Origin: Gonapodya sp. JEL0774
Lineage: Eukaryota
Reading direction: 5' to 3'
Assembly (NCBI GenBank): GCA_027604505.1
Contig: JADIIX010000002.1
Location: 186,001 to 250,000 of the forward strand
Length of the DNA stretch: 64,000 nt
Position numbers and translations under genes: made by a program. The notes under the pieces are model-generated. The model had not been told where the DNA came from. It made no database searches and saw only the letters and a program-made list of their open reading frames with translations. This document shows positions 58,203 to 64,000 of the stretch, one piece after another; within the stretch, counting starts at the first letter, position 1; each line of letters begins with the position of its first letter.

Positions 58203-59524
58203 TCATTTTTCCTGCTCCTTCTCCTTTCCCTGCACCTGCACCGCAGGCGCACCGGTAGCACTCCCCGCCACAGAACCGAACCCGGCGATGCTCTTGTGCA
58301 GTTCGGGTGCGTGTTGCTCAAGGGCCTGGGATGGAGGAGATTGGTGGAATTTTCGGGTCATGGGGTGGTTAAAATGATAGCTCCCGACTATACTTTAGCC
58401 TTTAGATATTAAGGAAAGTACCCACCCTCCCTACGGCGGTGGCTGTCACCGCAGCTGCAGATGCTACGGCTCGACCCGCTTCACCCAATTTTTGGCCAAT
58501 CTTGGTTTCGGGAGGGACGCATTGATGGGGTGGCGAATGTGAAGAAACAGACGCAACTAAGGTGAGATCTACCCTTCCAAAATAATTTAGCATCTCTGAA
58601 ATCACTCGCTCACCTCCGGGTTGTCTCTATACGTCTGTTGTACTACGGTAATGCCGGTTCGAACACCCTGGGCAGCCGTCGTCGCCGCAGTAGTAATGGA
58701 CGATTTGACCTATGGAAAAAAGCGGAGTTGTGAGGTAGAATAGGAGGTATGTCAATGAACCTCCTTGGCCCCCTCCCCACCCAAGAACGTACTTCAGGAT
58801 GTGCGTCCAATTGTCTACTCGCACTTTGCGCAGCCTGACCGGCAAATTGCAATCCTTTCACACCAGCGTCGGCGGCCTGTTTTCCGAGCGAGGTGAGCGT
58901 GGAAGCGTACTCGGGGTGACCGTCCCATTGCTGCTTGGCAGAGGTGGCCACGGTAGATGCTAGGAATGGGTGTGGTTGAGGATTCACGGGCGTTGAGATT
59001 GCATCACAGGAACTGAGTCGCAAATGGAAGCAGCCTGGGCATACCGGTGTCGAGGGCTTTCTGGCCGTAGGTTTTTGCCGTTTCGCTGTACTAAGTAGAC
59101 ATGTGAGTGAAAGACATGGGTTTGAATCAACTGGGACCTAGTCGCTCGTCGGGGTTCAGAGAGATGAACATGCTTTCAACCATCAGCGCAGTTCTCGGTT
59201 CAGCCAGCACCCCGCAAGGTTCCCGATGCATCAAACATCGCTCTCCGCGCTCTTGCGCTATGGATCCTGGATTCACACCCACAAACAACGCACCTCAGGA
59301 TGCGCTTTTACGTGCTCATACGCGGCGTTCCCAGCTTGTACCGTCGCCACGATTCCCTTTCCCAGCATCTCACCCGTCCAGCTTGCCCAAGAGGTCGTCG
59401 AGGACAACGCTGTGGTGGCGTCTGTCACCACGGCGGGGGTGGTGGTGGCAGAAGGTCCGGTGAATGTGTACGCCGGTGGGGCTTCTTGGGAGTCTTTTTT
59501 AGAGTTTGAGGAGTTGCCGGTCAT
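58203..59524 (-). CDS. Orphan Ala/Thr/Gly-rich protein with five (H/N/A)PE-terminated amphipathic repeats (6 predicted exons)
   Basis: Six exons join in frame through GT-AG introns from MTGNSSNSKKDSQEAPPAY to VQGKEKEQEK*. Confidence 0.7.
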
Positions 59525-60210
59525 CGCACTTCGGAATGGTGGCGTTTATGCTTGTGGACTTGTAAATCGATTCGCTTGTAACAGCGCTGTTATGTGCAAC
59601 GAGTTGTCAGGTTGCGAGTGCGCGGCTAATTCGTGACCCGAGCAAACTCGCAACCAGGACATTGTCACGTGCAAATAATGAGAGAAGCATGATTTGGTGA
59701 TACTCAAAGGGCGAGAGCTTGTCACGATATTACTCGCGTGCTAACCCGTGACTAGTTTGTGAGCCGGGAACATATTCAATCAGGTATTCTTCCATCCTGT
59801 TCAGGGACACACCACCGAGTTCTTTCCCCTCAGGAGCTGCACTCCGAGGGGTCGTGATCGCGAAACTAATGGGGTATTTATGTAAGCGACGTCATGTTGC
59901 TGGGCGTCGGCAGGCCGGGATCGGCAGATGGTGCAATTGCCTATAAAGCGGAACTTATTGCGAACACTGTGAATCGTTATCCCATTCAGAAATAAATTTG
60001 GGATAGATTCAGTAGCTGTCCTGGTCAATTTACCGGATTCTAGTCCGATACTATCCTACTGTTACAAGAGGACATTTCTTGTCATGTCATTCTCGCTCAG
60101 GTGCGGCTGGCTCCAGCACACAACCAACTGCGACACACAGCTCGTCCAACTGCCGGGCATTCACCTGGGAAAACGGACAGTCCCAGTTGAAAAAATCATC
60201 AGTTCTCGTG

Positions 60211-63200
60211 ATGGAGCCTGAGCATCCAGATCGCGAGGCCACGCCGCCGGATGTGTCTGGGGGCGACGGCGCCATCGAAGTCTTATCAGACTCGGACGAG
60301 GATGGCGGGGACCAGGGCGCGCAGCATCAGCAGCCACAAACGCAGCAATGGCGCCAAGCTGGTGAGGAGGACGAGCAGGACATGTTTGCTGAGGAGCAAT
60401 GGTCTGAGGATGGAGAGGAAGAGGAGGAAGGTGGTTCAGAGGAATATCAGGAGGAGACAGGTGAAGAGGTGGGAGAGCAAGGCTACTCCGAAGAATACGT
60501 GGAGGAAGAGACTTATGCGGCAGGAGAGAATTACGTGATAGAGGAGCAAGATGGAGAGGGAGACGTCGATGAAACGGGGAACTTCGCTGCAGGTGCCGGG
60601 AACCAAGGGAACAACGAGGGCGACTATTACGAGGAAGATGGGGTGGAGGACGATAAAAATTACGATGAGGAGGCAATGGAAGCTCAAGGTGACTTTGCGG
60701 AAGGCCACTACCAGCACGAAGGGGATGGGGAGGACCTGGAAGAGGAGAACCTCGAAGAGGCTATGGAATCTGACGACGAAGATTACGTCGCACCCCCCGC
60801 GCCTGACGCTGCGGCGGAACTTGAACTGGACGCTCAAGTGGATGCTGAGGAGTTGTCTCACGCCAGACGGAGGTTGTCACGAAAGTCTCCGGGACCTGGA
60901 AGGAGGGCCAGGTCGGCGTCTGTTGGTCCAACTGGTGGCAGGAGACTTCGTCGCGAGGCTGATGAAGAGTACAGCGAGGATGACGACGGTAGCGCTGACA
61001 GTGGTCAGAGTGAAACACCCCCACCGAAGGCGAAACCGTCGAAACCGCCCCGCGCACCGCGGTCCCAGAGCGCAACCCCACACCGCCGACCAGCCATTGC
61101 TCGAACTGACTCGAGTCGCGCTCGTGCTCGTCGAGGAGGTATCTCGGCTCGGCAATCCCGGCAGCCCAGAGAAATTCCGGTGCCACCAACCACCGACCCC
61201 GCACACGCCCTGTCACACATTCTGTCACTTATTCCTCACCTCTACTCGGCTGCTGCTGATCTCAACACCCTCGCAGTGCACAACCCACCGCTCTCGTCTC
61301 TCCTCAGCGCGGTGGATTCGTGGTTACACCCAACTTTTGTGACTTCGATAACCGCCCTCCTCCGCGACCCTTCAACTGTCTCCACATCTGACACGCACGC
61401 CGCTCTTGAAACTGTTCGTGAACAGTGGTTTGCTGTTCAGGCGCAAGCTGATGTCAAGGTTGCGGAGGCGATGGAGCGAGTGAAGCAAATGGAGCTGCAG
61501 AAAGCTGAAGCGGAGAAGGCTCGAGAAGAAGCCGAAAGGAAAGCTGAAAGGGCAGAGAGGGACAGACGAGAAACACAGGCTGAGGTCGACGCGAGAGGTG
61601 AGTGTAGCAACTGGGGAGCAACGAGGTCGTGGTGGCGGAGGTGTTGTGGATAGTCGGACGAAAGGAGTGGTCGCGTCATGTGATCAAATCTATGAACAGG
61701 ATTGATCGCTTCTTGTGATTAGCCCTCTCCTGCGAGTGAACAGATAATCTTCGATTTTCAGTTTTCGTGGTTGCCATTCTCTGTGCTTGGGTCGTCCCAC
61801 TTCCATCCCTCTTTTCAACTCTTTTTCATTTCTTGTCCATTTCCTTATACAGACACTACTATCGCGAACCTCCGTTCTACCATCTCCACCCTATCTCAAC
61901 CGCCGCCGATACCGTTGGACCCCACTGGCGACTCCACCATCTCCGCCCTCCGCACTCGCCTCGCCGCCACCGAGACTGACCTCACGATTTCTCGCGGGCG
62001 TGAGCGAGAATGGCAGGACAAGGCCGAAGCTGCAGAGGCTGAGGCCAGGAGGGCAAAATTGCAAAATGAATGGATTCAAGGAGAGTCTGACAGAGTCAGG
62101 GAGGAGTGGAAGAAGTGGAGAGACGAAAAGGTGAGCGTTCTTAAATGGCTGTGACGAGCATCTTTATGAAGGTAACGTGATGAGGGGGCTTTGAATGGTT
62201 CGGCGGTCGATCGATTGAGTATTCTATGTATAGAAATCTCAGAGTTTTCCTCCGTGAGGTTTGCTTCAGGAGCATGAACCACACATGCTTTAATTTGCGT
62301 TGCGATCGCCCAGTTTCTTCTTTCTTTGTTCTCGAGATTTGACGAAAGGATCACCTTCCGCTTAGTCCTCTGAGCTTACCCGGCTCCTCACCGAGACATC
62401 GACTCTGTCGGCTGCCAACGCTTCTAATGCATCCAATCTTGCTCATACCCGCGCTGATCTTTTACGTTCCCAGGCTGCCGAGGCACATTTGCGATCGCGT
62501 ATCACGGAAATGGAACAGCAACTCGCAATGCAGGAACAAGGGTTTGCCAGTGAGATGGATTTACAGAAGCGACTAGCGGCAGCACTCCGTGAGAGAAATG
62601 AAGAAGTGGAGCAGCTACTAAAAGAAATGGAGTCGGCCATAACAGACAGAGATGCCCGGGCCGACCGCGGGAGGGCTGAACTAATGAGGATGAGGGACGA
62701 TGCTGAGAGACGAGCTGAGGATATGGAGGAAAGGGCAAGAAGGGCTGACGTGAGAAGAATCAGATTGGAAAGGAGGGTTGCCGAGGTGGAGGACTTTGTG
62801 AAAGGCATCTTGGGCGACGACGTGTTGGCGCCCACACCACCCGAGGTTGGTGACGGTGATGAGGGCGGATCTGGGGCGGATGCGTCTTTCGTGTCGAGCG
62901 CCGGGGGGGACCACTCATTTACATTTGGCAGTCCGTTGCCTCCATCCTCCGTTGCTGCGGGCGCAATTGTCCTCCGGGGTGCTGGCACAGGTATTTTGAG
63001 TGAAACGTCGAGAAAAGCGATCGCAGAAGTGAGGGGCAGGAAAACGTTTACAGAGGTGGTGGGTTCACGCTAAATCATCGATATTGGGCCCAAGTGTTGA
63101 GCTGACCACTGGGTGGGCTTTCAGTACACGGATTACATAAAGCTTCAGCGGCAGTTGCGAGACGAGCAAGCTAAAAATGCCGAGCTGACGAGGACAATGG

Positions 63201-64000
63201 ATGCGGTGATTGGCGAGCTGGAGGAAAAGGTGCGTCAGTTACCTTGCATCTGGGAGCAAGCATCTGCCTTGGGCAGCTCACACCACTTCGATGTTCGTAG
63301 CGCCCGATCCTCCAAGAACAAGGGCGTCATCTAGCTGAAGCTACGACGGAGATTGACCGACTCCGGGAAGCCCTGGAGCATTCTAGAGCTACCGTTCAGT
63401 CCCTCGAAATTGAAGTTGGTGCTCGGGATCAGCAACTTCGAGAAATGGATGTAGCGGCGAAAGATAATAAGAAAGGTTTGTTTCTTTCGGTCGATGACTG
63501 TGGTTTCTGGTTCGCTATTAATTGTCTGAATGGCCTGCGTGTAGCGATAAGTGACCTCCAGCTGCAAGTTTTCACGCTTGTCCGTGAGCTGGAAAGGAAC
63601 AATCCTTCTGTACCAAGCAACATGCGATCACCTGGAACACCTCAAGGCCCACAAACACCATTTGCCCTCGGTAGTGGCATGATTGCTCCCACAAGGGAAG
63701 AAATAGAAGAAGGCTCCCAGCAGCTGATCACCGTTCAGCTTGTGACATTCTCCGATCTTCGCACTTGTGTCCAACAGAATCATGCACTCCTCCGCACCAC
63801 GCGTAAGCTAGCTGACATGGTGGATGATCTCCAGCAACACTTTGGTGTTAAGGTAGCAGAAGAAGTTGAGAAGCTGACTGTGTCCCTTACAACGCGGAAT
63901 CGCCAGATACTGGAGGAGGTTAAGGCACTGAGAAATCGATGTACAGTGCTTGAGCAGGAGAGGGAGAATTCTCGCAGAGAGGTTGCAGAATTGAGCAGAG
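60211..64000 (+). CDS. TPR: Nuclear basket coiled-coil protein TPR/Mlp1 (5' part, truncated by window end)
   Basis: Long coiled coils with the TPR/Mlp-type motifs EQGFASEMDLQKRLA, KTFTEVYTDYIKLQRQL, ELEEKRPILQEQ, DLQLQVFTLVRELE and LITVQLVTFSDL..VQQNHALL. Confidence 0.85.

Overview
This is a eukaryotic, gene-dense window with many short introns, mostly GT-AG and about 50-90 nt. By inference it comes from an early-diverging, flagellated (chytrid-like) fungus: it has a flagellar CFAP119 gene together with genes usually absent from yeasts (BRAT1, UVSSA, BORCS8, MCM8, CARM1). I assembled about 25 spliced protein genes by eye, so exon boundaries and start codons are approximate. In order they are UGGT, CARM1, BRAT1, UVSSA, BORCS8, CFAP119, alpha-COP, SHMT, spastin, RPN11, a small orphan with three GoLoco-like motifs, MCM8, EFM7/NNT1, REDIC1/HEIP1-like, CSN7, a Pho4-like bHLH, a divergent Skp1 paralogue, lunapark, PPCS/CAB2, ATL1, ERCC6L2, SRA1-like, an orphan amphipathic-repeat protein and TPR/Mlp1 (cut off by the window end). 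There is also a decayed gag-like retroelement remnant at about 55.2-57.8 kb. The most interesting candidates are the triple RMxxQ(R/D) GoLoco-like mini-protein, a fungal BRAT1 ending in CYDC (implying an Integrator cleavage module), an HPE-punctuated amphipathic repeat protein, a concentration of animal-like DNA repair and crossover genes, and a structured element in the first lunapark intron. No tRNA, rRNA or CRISPR array could be supported.
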